Positions 9,953 through 18,627 are shown, counted from the stretch's first letter. The stretch: 64,000 nucleotides of DNA from Thermoanaerobaculia bacterium (GCA_035482045.1 DATHRD010000063.1:2541-66540), one strand, 5' to 3'. Program-made: numbers and translations. Notes: a model not told the origin generated them from the sequence alone.

Positions 9953-10051
9953 CGCGTTGTCGGTTGTCGGTTGTCTGCGCGCTGCGGCGCGCGTGGACGA
10001 GCGCTCAAGAACACGCCAGAGCCAACTCAACCGACAACCGACAACGCGCGC
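9953..10051. repeat. heptad-repeat palindromic element, second copy, on the other side of metK
   Basis: GCGCGTTGTCGGTTGTCGGTTGTC ... CAACCGACAACCGACAACGCGCGC; core resembles the copy at 62875. Confidence 0.65.
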
Positions 10052-10063
10052 GGAGCGCGCGCC

Positions 10064-10579
10064 TCAGAATCCTTCCAGCAAATTCGTCACCAGCGACTCG
10101 GCGAAGCGGAGTGCGATCTCGTTGATGGCGCGCGTCTCCTGGGTCAGGGCGTCGGTCGACGTGGCGTTGACCTGATAGTTCTCGGCGAAGCGGTACTGAT
10201 CGTTCTTCCAGAGCACCTTGTCGTCGGCGCGATGGTCGACCAGCTCGATCTTGGCCGTGATCGATACCTGGTATTGCGTGGCCAGACCCTGGGCGTTGAA
10301 GGAGACGGGATAGATGCCGAAGGAGTCGATCTCCCCGTGGAGGATGACGTCCGCCTCCGCCGGGGCGTTGACCAGTTTGAGGCGGCCGCGCGAGACGAAC
10401 TCCTCCGCCACCGACTCCGTCACCCGCTGTTCGAGCTCGACGCGTGTCGTCTTGTTGACAAATGCCGGCACCTGAACTGTGTGGACCGTCGGTGCGAGCA
10501 GGTTGTTGGCTTTGCCGACCAACGTATAGCCGCAGGACGCGAGCAGCATCGGCACGAACAGGAGGACGAGACGTTTCAT
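10064..10579 (-). CDS. lptE: LPS-assembly lipoprotein LptE (RlpB-like)
   Basis: lipoprotein signal MKRLVLLFVPMLLASCGY; about 170 aa; lies immediately downstream of leuS as in the conserved leuS-lptE arrangement. Confidence 0.7.
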   Translation of the reverse strand: MKRLVLLFVPMLLASCGYTLVGKANNLLAPTVHTVQVPAFVNKTTRVELEQRVTESVAEEFVSRGRLKLVNAPAEADVILHGEIDSFGIYPVSFNAQGLATQYQVSITAKIELVDHRADDKVLWKNDQYRFAENYQVNATSTDALTQETRAINEIALRFAESLVTNLLEGF

Positions 10580-10596
10580 AGGACGAAAGGTAACAC

Positions 10597-10698
10597 GTAG
10601 CGCCGGCGGCTCGGCGGCTGGACCGCCAGCGGCTCGCTGGCGGCCTGTTTATCGCCGCCGAGCCGGCGGCGGTCCAGCCGGCGGGCCGCCGGCGCTAC
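10597..10698. repeat. REP-A palindromic element between leuS stop and lptE start
   Basis: GTAGCGCCGGCGGCTCGGCGGCTGGACCGCC...GGCGGTCCAGCCGGCGGGCCGCCGGCGCTAC. Confidence 0.65.
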
Positions 10699-10726
10699 GC
10701 TTTGCGGCGCTTCGCGCGTTACGAAA

Positions 10727-13330
10727 CTACCCCTTCACCACGATGTTCACCAGCTTGCCCGGTACGTAGACCTCTTTCACGACCTCTTTCCCCGAGATCC
10801 ACTGCTGGACTTTTCCGTTGCCACGAATAGCTGCCAACACGACGTCCTTCTCTGGCGGGTTCGGGACCTCCACCTGTCCGCGCAGCTTGCCGTTGACCTG
10901 CACGACGATGGTGACGACATCCTCGACCATCAGCGCCGGATCGGCTTTCGGCCAGGACGATGTGAGGATGAAGCCCTCGTTGCCGAACATGCTCCACAGC
11001 TCCTCGGTGATGTGCGGCGCGAAGGGATGGAGGAGCTTGAGCAGCGTCGTGTAGGACTCGCGGAGCGTGCCCGCATCGGTATCGCCGGAGGCCAGCGCAT
11101 CGCCGATGGCGTTCGACAGCTCCATGAGGCCAGAGATGGCCGTGTTGAACTCGAAACGGTCGAAGCGCCGCGTGACGGCATCGATCGTCTGATGCGTCTT
11201 GCGCGTCAGTGGATGACGCGACGGTCCGACCAAAACCGCGGCGACTCGCTCGGCGACCGCCTCGCGGTCGGAAGACGATCGGCCGTCGAGTGCCAGAACC
11301 TGCTCGCCCATGTGCCAGACTCGATTGAGGAAGCGCGACGCGCCGTTGACGGCATCGTCCGACCACTCCGCCTCTTTCTCCGGCGGCGCGATGAAGAGAG
11401 TGTAGACGCGCTCCGTGTCGGCGCCATATTTTTCGATCAGCTCATCCGGCGGAACGACGTTGAAGTGCGACTTCGACATCTTGCTGGTCTCGGCGATGAG
11501 AGCCTTGCCTGTCCCTTTGTGCACAGGCTTCCCATCGACCCATTCGACGTCGGCGATCGACACCCACGTCCCCAGCTCGGCGTCGCGGTAACCCTCCTTC
11601 GTGATCATCCCCTGATTGAAGAGGCGCGTGAACGGCTCTTCGTAGTCCAGCAACCCCATGTCGTGCAGCGTGCGGCAGATGAAGCGCGCGTAGAGCAGAT
11701 GGAGGATGGCGTGCTCGATGCCGCCGATGTACTGATCGACCGGCAGCCAGCGGTTGGCCAGCGCCGAGTCGAAGATCTTCGTACCGTCCTTCGCGGAGAT
11801 GAAACGGGCGTAGTACCACGACGAATCGACGAATGTGTCCATCGTGTCGGTCTCGCGCCGCGCGGGACCCTGACAACGAGGGCAGGTCGTGTTGACGAAG
11901 CGTTCATCCTTTGCCAGCGGGTTCCCCTCGCGCCCGGTAAAGGGGACATCGAGCGGCAGTTCGACCGGCAGTTGCTCCTCCGGAACAGGAACGATGCCGT
12001 CGCGGTCGCAGAAGATCATCGGGATCGGCGTCCCCCAATAGCGTTGCCGGGAGATGAGCCAGTCGCGCAGGCGATAGCGGACCATCTTCCTGCCGATGAC
12101 CAGCCGCTCGATCTCTTCGATGATGCGTTCGATGGCTCTTGGTGTGGGCATGCCGGAGATGACTCCGGAATCGATTGCCATCGCGAACTCGTCCTTCACC
12201 ACAAACGCTTCGGTGAGGTTATCCACGTTCGGCACTTCCCTGGTCACCGGGGCGACTACCATTCGAATCGGCAGTCCGTACTGCTTCGCGAACTCGAAGT
12301 CGCGCTGGTCGTGCCCGGGCACGGCCATGATCGCGCCTGTTCCGTACTGCATCAGCACGAAGTTGCCGAGCCAGATGGGGATCTCTTCGTGCGTAAATGG
12401 ATTCGTGGCCGTCTTCCCGGTGAAGCGCCCTTCCTTCCCCGCCTCCTGCCGCTCCAGGTTCGACTGATTGCGCACGCCGGCGATCCACTGCTCGATCTCC
12501 GCGCGCTCCGGATTATCGGCGATGAGCGCCGCGACGTCGGGATGTTCCGGCGCCAGGACCATGAACGTCGCGCCGTAGATCGTGTCGGGACGCGTGGTGA
12601 AGATGCGCAGCGTTTTTCCTAACGACGGCACCGCGAACTCGACGTCGGCGCCGACGGAGCGGCCGATCCAGTTGCGCTGCATCAGCTTCACCTTTTCCGG
12701 CCAGTGCTCCAGCGTGTCGAGGCCCTCGTCGAGCCGGTCGGCGTAGTCGGTGATCTTCAGGAACCACTGCTCGAGGTCGCGCTGCACGACGATGGTGCTG
12801 CATCGTTCGCAGCGCCCGTCGATGACCTGTTCGTTGGCGAGCACGGTCTGGTCGGACGGGCACCAGTTGACCGGCGCCTTGGCGCGATAGGCCAGGCCCC
12901 GTTCATACAACTTCAGGAAGAGCCATTGGTTCCAACGGTAGTACTCCGGGTCGCACGAGGCCAGCTCTTTCGACCAGTCGTAAAGGATGCCCCAGCGGAG
13001 AAACTGCTTCTTCTCCCGCTCGATGTTCGAGAGCGTCCACTGCCGCGGATGGATGCCGCGTTTGATGGCGGCGTTCTCGGCGGGCAGACCGAAGGCGTCC
13101 CATCCCATGGGGTTGAGCGCGGCGCGGCCCTGCATGCGGAAGTACCGGTAGAGAGCGTCGCCCAGGATGTAGTTCCGGCCGTGGCCGACATGAAGGTCAC
13201 CCGAGGGGTACGGGAACATGTTGAGCATGTAGAACTTGTCGCCGGGCGCGGCGACATCGACCTCGGCCACCTTCGCATCGGCCCAGGCGCGCTGCCACTT
13301 CTCTTCGATCAGTTTCGATTCGTAAGGCAT
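10727..13330 (-). CDS. leuS: leucyl-tRNA synthetase
   Basis: MPYESKLIEEKWQRAW...PYPSGDLHVGHGRNY (HIGH motif)...KMSKS motif present; 867 aa. Confidence 0.97.
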   Translation of the reverse strand: MPYESKLIEEKWQRAWADAKVAEVDVAAPGDKFYMLNMFPYPSGDLHVGHGRNYILGDALYRYFRMQGRAALNPMGWDAFGLPAENAAIKRGIHPRQWTLSNIEREKKQFLRWGILYDWSKELASCDPEYYRWNQWLFLKLYERGLAYRAKAPVNWCPSDQTVLANEQVIDGRCERCSTIVVQRDLEQWFLKITDYADRLDEGLDTLEHWPEKVKLMQRNWIGRSVGADVEFAVPSLGKTLRIFTTRPDTIYGATFMVLAPEHPDVAALIADNPERAEIEQWIAGVRNQSNLERQEAGKEGRFTGKTATNPFTHEEIPIWLGNFVLMQYGTGAIMAVPGHDQRDFEFAKQYGLPIRMVVAPVTREVPNVDNLTEAFVVKDEFAMAIDSGVISGMPTPRAIERIIEEIERLVIGRKMVRYRLRDWLISRQRYWGTPIPMIFCDRDGIVPVPEEQLPVELPLDVPFTGREGNPLAKDERFVNTTCPRCQGPARRETDTMDTFVDSSWYYARFISAKDGTKIFDSALANRWLPVDQYIGGIEHAILHLLYARFICRTLHDMGLLDYEEPFTRLFNQGMITKEGYRDAELGTWVSIADVEWVDGKPVHKGTGKALIAETSKMSKSHFNVVPPDELIEKYGADTERVYTLFIAPPEKEAEWSDDAVNGASRFLNRVWHMGEQVLALDGRSSSDREAVAERVAAVLVGPSRHPLTRKTHQTIDAVTRRFDRFEFNTAISGLMELSNAIGDALASGDTDAGTLRESYTTLLKLLHPFAPHITEELWSMFGNEGFILTSSWPKADPALMVEDVVTIVVQVNGKLRGQVEVPNPPEKDVVLAAIRGNGKVQQWISGKEVVKEVYVPGKLVNIVVKG

Positions 13331-13432
13331 GGAGCGGCGAAGTATAAACGGGCCGGCACGGGCGGCATTTGTGCGTTTGCACGTCAGGCCGCATTTCTCA
13401 CACTCTCACTGGAATCGTCGGCACTCTGTACC

Positions 13433-13652
13433 CCGTCGAGAGCCCTTCTCCCCCGCGGTTTCTTGCGGGGGAGAAGGTGCCGACAGGCGGATGAGGGGGC
13501 GGTTCTCACGGCGAAGTTGACTGTTTTCAATCGTTTCCACCCTCCCGTTCATGAAAGTAGTCCACTGCTCTGCAAGAGCCAAAGCCCCCTCATCCGCCTT
13601 CGGCACCTTCTCCCCCCCGCTGAAAAACGCGGTGGGGAGAAGGACTCTCGAT
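13433..13652. repeat. about 220 bp MITE-like dyad element in the leuS 5' leader region: terminal hairpins plus 25 bp inverted arms around an about 90 bp core
   Basis: CTTCTCCCCCGCGGTTTCTTGCGGGGGAGAAG + GGTGCCGACAGGCGGATGAGGGGGC ... GCCCCCTCATCCGCCTTCGGCACC + CTTCTCCCCCCCGCTGAAAAACGCGGTGGGGAGAAG. Confidence 0.55.
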
Positions 13653-13715
13653 GAACACTGTGCCGGCGATTTCAATCAGATTGTGAGAAATCCAGGTTTG
13701 GGTAGGCAATCGTCA

Positions 13716-14085
13716 GTCTCGGGGTATGGAACGACAGGTCTCGGGGTCTGGTGCGCCAAGTCCCGGGATCCGGAACGTCAGGTCTCGGGGTGCGGAACGT
13801 CAGGTCTCCGCGTGCGTAACGTCAGGTCCCGGGGTCCGGAACGTCTAGTCTCGGGGGTGGGGACGTCAGGTCCCGGGGTCCGGAACGTCTGGTTTCGGAG
13901 GTGGGGACGTCTAGTCTCAGGGGTGGGGACGTCAGGTCCCGGGGTCCGGAACGTCTGGTCTCGGGGGTGGGGACGTCAGGTCCCGGGGTCCGGAACGTCA
14001 GATCTCGGGGGTTGGGACGTCAGGTCTCGGGGTCCGGAACGTCAGGTTTCGGGGGTCGGGACCGGACGGGCGCACCCCCGGACTG
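13716..14085. repeat. tandem array of about 17 copies of a 22 bp unit (consensus GTCYCGGGGTSCGGAACGTCAG), with a 44 bp higher-order alternation
   Basis: direct reading; units are contiguous with no spacers, so not CRISPR. Confidence 0.9.
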
Positions 14086-14215
14086 GACGATTCACCGCCC
14101 GTACTGAACCGTTCACAGTGCGGACTGGACAATCAGTGCGAGGAACCGGGCGATTCACCGTGCGGACCGGACGATCCACCGTGCGGACCGGACGCCGCGC
14201 ACAGGGCCCGTCACG
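14086..14215. repeat. second short tandem array, about 6 copies of an about 21 bp unit (CGGACYGGACGATYCACCGTG)
   Basis: direct reading; abuts the first array and the dtd stop. Confidence 0.7.
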
Positions 14216-14645
14216 GCCACACGAACGTAACCGGCCCGTCGTTCTCCAACGCCACGATCATCATTTCCCGGAAGCGGCCGGTCTTCACCTCGATGCCGGT
14301 CGATGCCAGCTCCGCGACGAACAACGCGAACATCGTCCGGGCCCGCTCCGGCTCCTCGGCGTTGTCGAAGCTGGGGCGGCGTCCGCGGGCGATGGAGCCC
14401 GCCAGCGTGAACTGCGACACGGCCAGAATGGCACCGCCGGCCTCGGTCACGTCGCGGTTCATCTTCCCCGCGTCGTCGCTGAAGATGCGCAGCTCGCGGA
14501 TCTTCTTCGCGGCGTCGCGCATGGCCGGTTCGGAGTCACCCTTCTCGACGGCAGCCAGGACGAGCAGGCCGGTTCCGATCTCCGAAACCAGCTCGTCGCC
14601 GACAGTCACGGATGCGCGCCGCACGCGCTGGATGACACACTTCAC
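14211..14645 (-). CDS. dtd: D-aminoacyl-tRNA deacylase
   Basis: GTG start giving VKCVIQRVRRASVTV...; RIFSDDAGKMN...SQFTLAG...RPSF...NDGPVTF matches Dtd throughout; 145 aa. Confidence 0.9.
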   Translation of the reverse strand: MKCVIQRVRRASVTVGDELVSEIGTGLLVLAAVEKGDSEPAMRDAAKKIRELRIFSDDAGKMNRDVTEAGGAILAVSQFTLAGSIARGRRPSFDNAEEPERARTMFALFVAELASTGIEVKTGRFREMMIVALENDGPVTFVWP

Positions 14646-14793
14646 AGCGGCGGATTCTACTCGCGGTAGAAAAACGCACAGGTTCTCGCCCCTCGGATAA
14701 AATACCCGGACCCACACGACGCCCGAGAGCCTCATCTCTCGCGCGGCACGTCCGCGCGCATGTGGACTGAAACAATCGAACAGGAGAATCCAA

Positions 14794-15243
14794 ATGTCAG
14801 GAACAGTAAATCGAGTCATTCTCGTCGGACGCCTCGGCAAAGACCCCGAGATCCGCTCCATCCCCAGCGGTACGAGCGTGGCGAAGTTCTCGCTCGCCAC
14901 CGACGAGAAGTTCACCGACAAGAACGGACAGAAGCAGGAACGAACGGAATGGCACAACATCGTGGCCTGGGGCAAGCTGGCCGAGATCTGCGGCCAGTAT
15001 CTTCGGAAGGGAAAGCTCGTCTATATCGACGGGTCGATCCGCACCGATAGCTGGGACGACAAGGAAACCGGCGTGAAGAAGTACCGTACCGAGATCATCG
15101 CCAAGGACATGCAGATGCTCGACAAGAAGGGCGATGACGAGGGCGGCGGCTACAGCGGAGGCGGCGGCTATACCCGCAAGCCCGCCACCGCGGGCGCGCC
15201 CGCGGGCGGCGAGGTGGAAGACGACGACGAGGTACCGTTCTAG
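14794..15243 (+). CDS. ssb: single-stranded DNA-binding protein
   Basis: [21 protein letters not shown]...[14 protein letters not shown]...; Gly-rich tail ending DDDEVPF; AGGAGAA RBS upstream. Confidence 0.95.
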   Translation: MSGTVNRVILVGRLGKDPEIRSIPSGTSVAKFSLATDEKFTDKNGQKQERTEWHNIVAWGKLAEICGQYLRKGKLVYIDGSIRTDSWDDKETGVKKYRTEIIAKDMQMLDKKGDDEGGGYSGGGGYTRKPATAGAPAGGEVEDDDEVPF

Positions 15244-15252
15244 GAGCGAGGA

Positions 15253-15358
15253 GTAGCGCCGGCGGCCTCGCCGGCTGGACCGCCGGCGGCTCGCCGGCGA
15301 CATTCTCAAAACCGCCAGCGAGCCGCTGGCAGTCCAGCCGCCGAGCCGGCGGCGCTAC
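15253..15358. repeat. REP-A palindromic element between ssb and the hemolysin-III gene
   Basis: GTAGCGCCGGCGGCCTCGCCGGCTGGACCGCC...CAGTCCAGCCGCCGAGCCGGCGGCGCTAC. Confidence 0.65.
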
Positions 15359-15371
15359 CTCGACACACACC

Positions 15372-15992
15372 ATGTACGCCGGCGAGCGATTCAACAGCAT
15401 CACGCACATCGCGGGGAGCGTGCTGGCGGTCACCGCGTCGGTCTTCGCCATCCATGCCGCTGTCACGCACGGGCGCGACGCCACCACGATCACGGCTGTG
15501 GCGATCTACGGCTCGATGCTGATCGTGCTCTATCTCAGCTCGACGCTCTACCACTCGTTGCGCGGCAAAGCGAAGACAGTCTTTCACGTCTTCGACCACT
15601 GCGCGATCTACCTCCTCATCGCCGGCACGTACACGCCGCTCACGCTCGTCACGCTGCGCGGCCGCTGGGGATGGTGGCTGTTCGGCACCGTCTGGACTCT
15701 GGCCATCGCCGGCGTTTTGAAAGACACCCTCCTGCACGGGCGCTACCGCCCCGTCTCGGTCGTGCTCTACATCCTGATGGGATGGCTCGTCGTGGTGGCC
15801 ATCAAGCCGCTGCGGATGGCCATGCCGGCGGATGGGATCACCTGGATCGCCGCCGGCGGCGCCGTCTACACCGCCGGCCTCGTCTTCTTCGCACTGTCGA
15901 AGCGCGTCGCGCACATGCACGGCATATGGCACCTCTGCGTGATCGGCGGCAGCGCCTGCCACTACGTGGCCGTCATGCGGTACGTGGTGTAA
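15372..15992 (+). CDS. hemolysin III / PAQR family channel protein
   Basis: MYAGERFNSITHIAGSVLAV...SSTLYHS...FDHCAIYLLIAGTYTP...; 7-TM pattern typical of YqfA/HlyIII. Confidence 0.85.
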   Translation: MYAGERFNSITHIAGSVLAVTASVFAIHAAVTHGRDATTITAVAIYGSMLIVLYLSSTLYHSLRGKAKTVFHVFDHCAIYLLIAGTYTPLTLVTLRGRWGWWLFGTVWTLAIAGVLKDTLLHGRYRPVSVVLYILMGWLVVVAIKPLRMAMPADGITWIAAGGAVYTAGLVFFALSKRVAHMHGIWHLCVIGGSACHYVAVMRYVV

Positions 15993-16512
15993 AAGCGTAG
16001 AGCGGGCGTCCTCGCCCCTACGCGCTAACTTACGCTGGCATCCTCCCGAGAATCCCTGCTGTATAGCCGCGATAGCGGCCAAAGACGATAGCCAGGGGTG
16101 CGAGCGCTTCTTGCGAGCACCCCTGGTCATCGACGTCAATGCATGTCGTGCCGCGTCAGCGGCACTGGACGTCATCGGACGACTGTGACTCCACTCCAGT
16201 GCCGCTGGCGCGGCACAGAACCATGGCGCCTGGTTACCAGGGGTGCTCGCAAAAAGCGCTCGCACCCCTGGCTACCTTCCGTTGCCGCTATCGCGGCGTT
16301 TGGCCTTAGGCGTTGCGTTTACGTTAGCGCGTATGGGCGTCCCGCCTGCTCCCGGCGGGCGTCCTTGCCTGACGGTGGGGCCGAGGGCGTCACCACTTCG
16401 GTTCCCGAAGCGGCTTCCGGGCGGTCCTGCGATCAAAGACTCGGAAGTCTCACGGAAACCACCGGCGGGCGAGGACGCCCGCCGGGAGCAGGCAGAGATG
16501 CCTGCTCTACGC
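15993..16512. repeat. left copy of an about 520 bp highly structured element forming a long inverted repeat with 17575-18110
   Basis: about 90 % identical to the reverse complement of 17575-18110 over about 330 bp; contains palindromes CCAGGGGTGCGAGCGC..GCGAGCACCCCTGG (x2), TGCCGCGTCAGCGGCACTGG..CCAGTGCCGCTGGCGCGGCA, and end-to-end pairing GCGTAGAGC..GCTCTACGC. Confidence 0.85.
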
Positions 16513-17034
16513 GCCGTCCAGGTAGCGCTCGCGGACGATGCCCATGTGGTGACGCTCGTGGCCGAGGATGATGTAGGCGAGGGCACGGACGCTGATGGGG
16601 TTGTCGCTGGCGGTGCCGGTGCGGCGCCATGCCTCCTCCGGCAAGGCCTGCAACATCATCACGTTGGCGCGCCGCACCGCGGCCAGTTCGCCGGCGAGAT
16701 CGGACATCGGCCGATCGTCGGCGCCGCTGTTGACGACGTACGGCTCCTGATCGAACCCAGGCAGCGACTTGGTCTCGCCGCGCGCGATGGAAAGCGCCCG
16801 GTAGGCGAAGATGCGCTCCGCGTCCGTGACGTGTCCGACGAGTTGCTTGACGCTCCACTTGTCCGGCGCGTAGCGATGAGACGCCTGCTCTTCCGACAAG
16901 CCGCCGAGCAGCGTCGCCGTCTCCCGTGCCTGCGCGTCGAGCGCGTCCACGATGTCATCCTCGCTGGCAAGGTCGATGTACTTCTGATAGTAGCTGCCGT
17001 ATTCGCCGGCCTGGGGCCGTCCCGCGTTTTTCAT
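16507..17034 (-). CDS. DinB/YfiT-like (DinB_2) metal-dependent four-helix-bundle protein
   Basis: start MKNAGRPQAGEYGSYYQKYIDLA...; HxxD and HxxxH-type motifs (VGHVTDAERIF... ILGHERHHMG); about 175 aa. Confidence 0.7.
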   Translation of the reverse strand: MKNAGRPQAGEYGSYYQKYIDLASEDDIVDALDAQARETATLLGGLSEEQASHRYAPDKWSVKQLVGHVTDAERIFAYRALSIARGETKSLPGFDQEPYVVNSGADDRPMSDLAGELAAVRRANVMMLQALPEEAWRRTGTASDNPISVRALAYIILGHERHHMGIVRERYLDGA

Positions 17035-17064
17035 ATGCGCATCATCGCGTAGACTCGCCCATGA

Positions 17065-17556
17065 ATGGAAGAGATGGAGATCGGACGGCTTGCCGGCGAC
17101 GACGAGGCCCGCGCCTGCGCCGGGATGATGTCCTCGAGCGAACCGTGGATTTTCTTCGGCCGGACGTTCGAGCAATGCCTGGCCCGCGTGACCAATCCAG
17201 CCGGAGAAGTGTGGGTGGCACGCCATGGCGGCATCCCGCGAGGATTCGTGATCCTCGTGCTGCAAGGGGCGTTCGTCGGCTACATCCAGATCGTCTGCGT
17301 CGCCGCGGACGCTCGGGGCGGCGGGATCGGATCGCGCCTCGTCCGCTTCGCCGAGGAGCGCATCTTCCGCGAGTTCCCCAACGTGTTTCTCTGCGTCTCG
17401 TCGATCAATCCGCGCGCCCGGCAGCTCTACGAGCGCCTCGGGTACACGCTGGTCGGCGAGCTTGACGACTATCTCGTGCGCGGACACTCCGAGTTCCTGA
17501 TGCGAAAGTCAGTCGGGCCGCTGGCCGAGTTTCGTCCGGATGCCGCCGGAGTCTAA
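17065..17556 (+). CDS. GNAT family N-acetyltransferase
   Basis: VCVAADARGGGIGSRLVRFAEE (acetyl-CoA binding Q/RxxGxG/A motif); 163 aa; divergent from the DinB-like gene with a 30 bp gap. Confidence 0.8.
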   Translation: MEEMEIGRLAGDDEARACAGMMSSSEPWIFFGRTFEQCLARVTNPAGEVWVARHGGIPRGFVILVLQGAFVGYIQIVCVAADARGGGIGSRLVRFAEERIFREFPNVFLCVSSINPRARQLYERLGYTLVGELDDYLVRGHSEFLMRKSVGPLAEFRPDAAGV

Positions 17557-17574
17557 CGACTGAGTGACGGTGAC

Positions 17575-18110
17575 GGCGAACCCGCGGAGAGCGGGCATCC
17601 TGCCTGCTCCCGGCGGGGGTCTCGCCCGACGGTGGGGACGAAATCATCTCCAAAATGTCGGGCCAACACGCCGACGCCTAACCCGCGCTTCGAGGTTCAA
17701 CCCTGCTCTTGCCGGGACCCACCGCCGGGCGAGACGCCCGTCGGGAGCAGGCAGGATGCCTATACGCGCTGACTAAACGCAACGCCGAAGCCCAAACGCC
17801 GCGATAGCGGCAGCGGATGGTAGCCAGGGGTGCGAGCGCTTTTTGCGAGCACCCCTGGTAACGAGGTGCCATGGTTCCGTGCCGCGCCAGCGGCACTGGA
17901 GTGGAGCCACAGTCGTCCGATAACGTCCAGTGCCGCTGACGCGGCACGACATGCATCGACATCGATGACCAGGGGTGCTCGCAAAAAACGCTCGCACCCC
18001 TGGCTACCGTCTTTGGCCGCTATCGCGGCATACACAGCAGGGATTCCCTGGGAGCACGCCAGCGTAAGTTAGCGCGTATGGGCAGGATGCCCGCTCTCCG
18101 AACGCAACGC
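17575..18110. repeat. right copy of the about 520 bp structured element (inverted relative to 15993-16512)
   Basis: see left copy; outer end ...GCGCGTATGGGCAGGATGCCCGCTCTCCGAACGC mirrors the left outer end. Confidence 0.85.
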
Positions 18111-18146
18111 GACGGCGGGACTGCCGAACCACCGCGAGACACCGTC

Positions 18147-18602
18147 TCAGCTTTTGGCAGCAGCCGCGGCCATTGTCCGGAAGCGCTGACGCAACGTCTC
18201 CAGGCGCTCCTCGATCCCAGGCGCCGACATCACGACCTTTTCCAGGTGCTTGCCGAAGCCCGGACCGGTGATCTGCCGAATCTCCGGAAGCAACGGATGA
18301 ATCTTCGCGAAGGTGGCGAAGATCTCCCCGTTCGCGTCGAGAAACATCTCACGGTCGATGGCATCATGGGTGACCAGCGAGCAGGCCATGTCCCAATATC
18401 CGGCGACCATTCGCAGGTGCGGATTGTGCGGGCCCGCCAGCGCGGCCTTCACGTCGTCGATGGTCTCGGGGTTGAAGTCGCGCACGAACCAGAGTCTGGC
18501 TTCGCGGAGAACGGCCTCGCGGCGCATCTCGAAGATCTGCAGAATCAGCTTGGCACTTTCGTAGGGTGTCGGCATGGCCGCGCACTCTATCGCAATCGGC
18601 AA
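18147..18602 (-). CDS. hypothetical protein
   Basis: 151 aa ORF with plausible start; no family recognised. Confidence 0.45.
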   Translation of the reverse strand: MPIAIECAAMPTPYESAKLILQIFEMRREAVLREARLWFVRDFNPETIDDVKAALAGPHNPHLRMVAGYWDMACSLVTHDAIDREMFLDANGEIFATFAKIHPLLPEIRQITGPGFGKHLEKVVMSAPGIEERLETLRQRFRTMAAAAAKS

Positions 18603-18627
18603 AGGTTTGTGATCACTCAGTCAATCA

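Noticed and set aside
11012-12622. Long antisense ORFs opposite leuS, the PP2C phosphatase, the S46 peptidase, the GT-C gene, the NtrC regulator, P5CDH and others (for example 11012..12622+, 20721..22457+, 25027..26250+, 35838..36983+, 38983..39999+, 59200..60570+, 61742..63004-)
   Set aside because: These are high-GC open frames opposite genes with clear family signatures. Their products are Arg/Ala/Gly/Pro-rich with no recognisable domains.
13500-13560. T-box riboswitch call for the leuS leader
   Set aside because: Only a partial AGGGTGG-A match was seen, with no clear specifier loop or antiterminator. Left as a structured MITE-like element pending an Infernal search.
13716-14215. Possible CRISPR array (regular about 22 bp repeats)
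   Set aside because: Repeats are directly contiguous with no unique spacers, unit length is below typical CRISPR repeat length, and no cas genes are nearby. Called tandem minisatellite instead; the same applies to 32395-32705.
13551-14669. 372 aa plus-strand ORF (13551..14669)
   Set aside because: It translates straight through the tandem arrays into repetitive Gly/Arg/Ser-rich sequence, and it is antisense to dtd. This is a GC-rich artefact.
17680-17720. tRNA-like GGTTCAACCC T-arm motif inside the right inverted repeat
   Set aside because: There is no acceptor-stem pairing, and the flanking sequence does not fold into a cloverleaf. No tRNA is called in this window.
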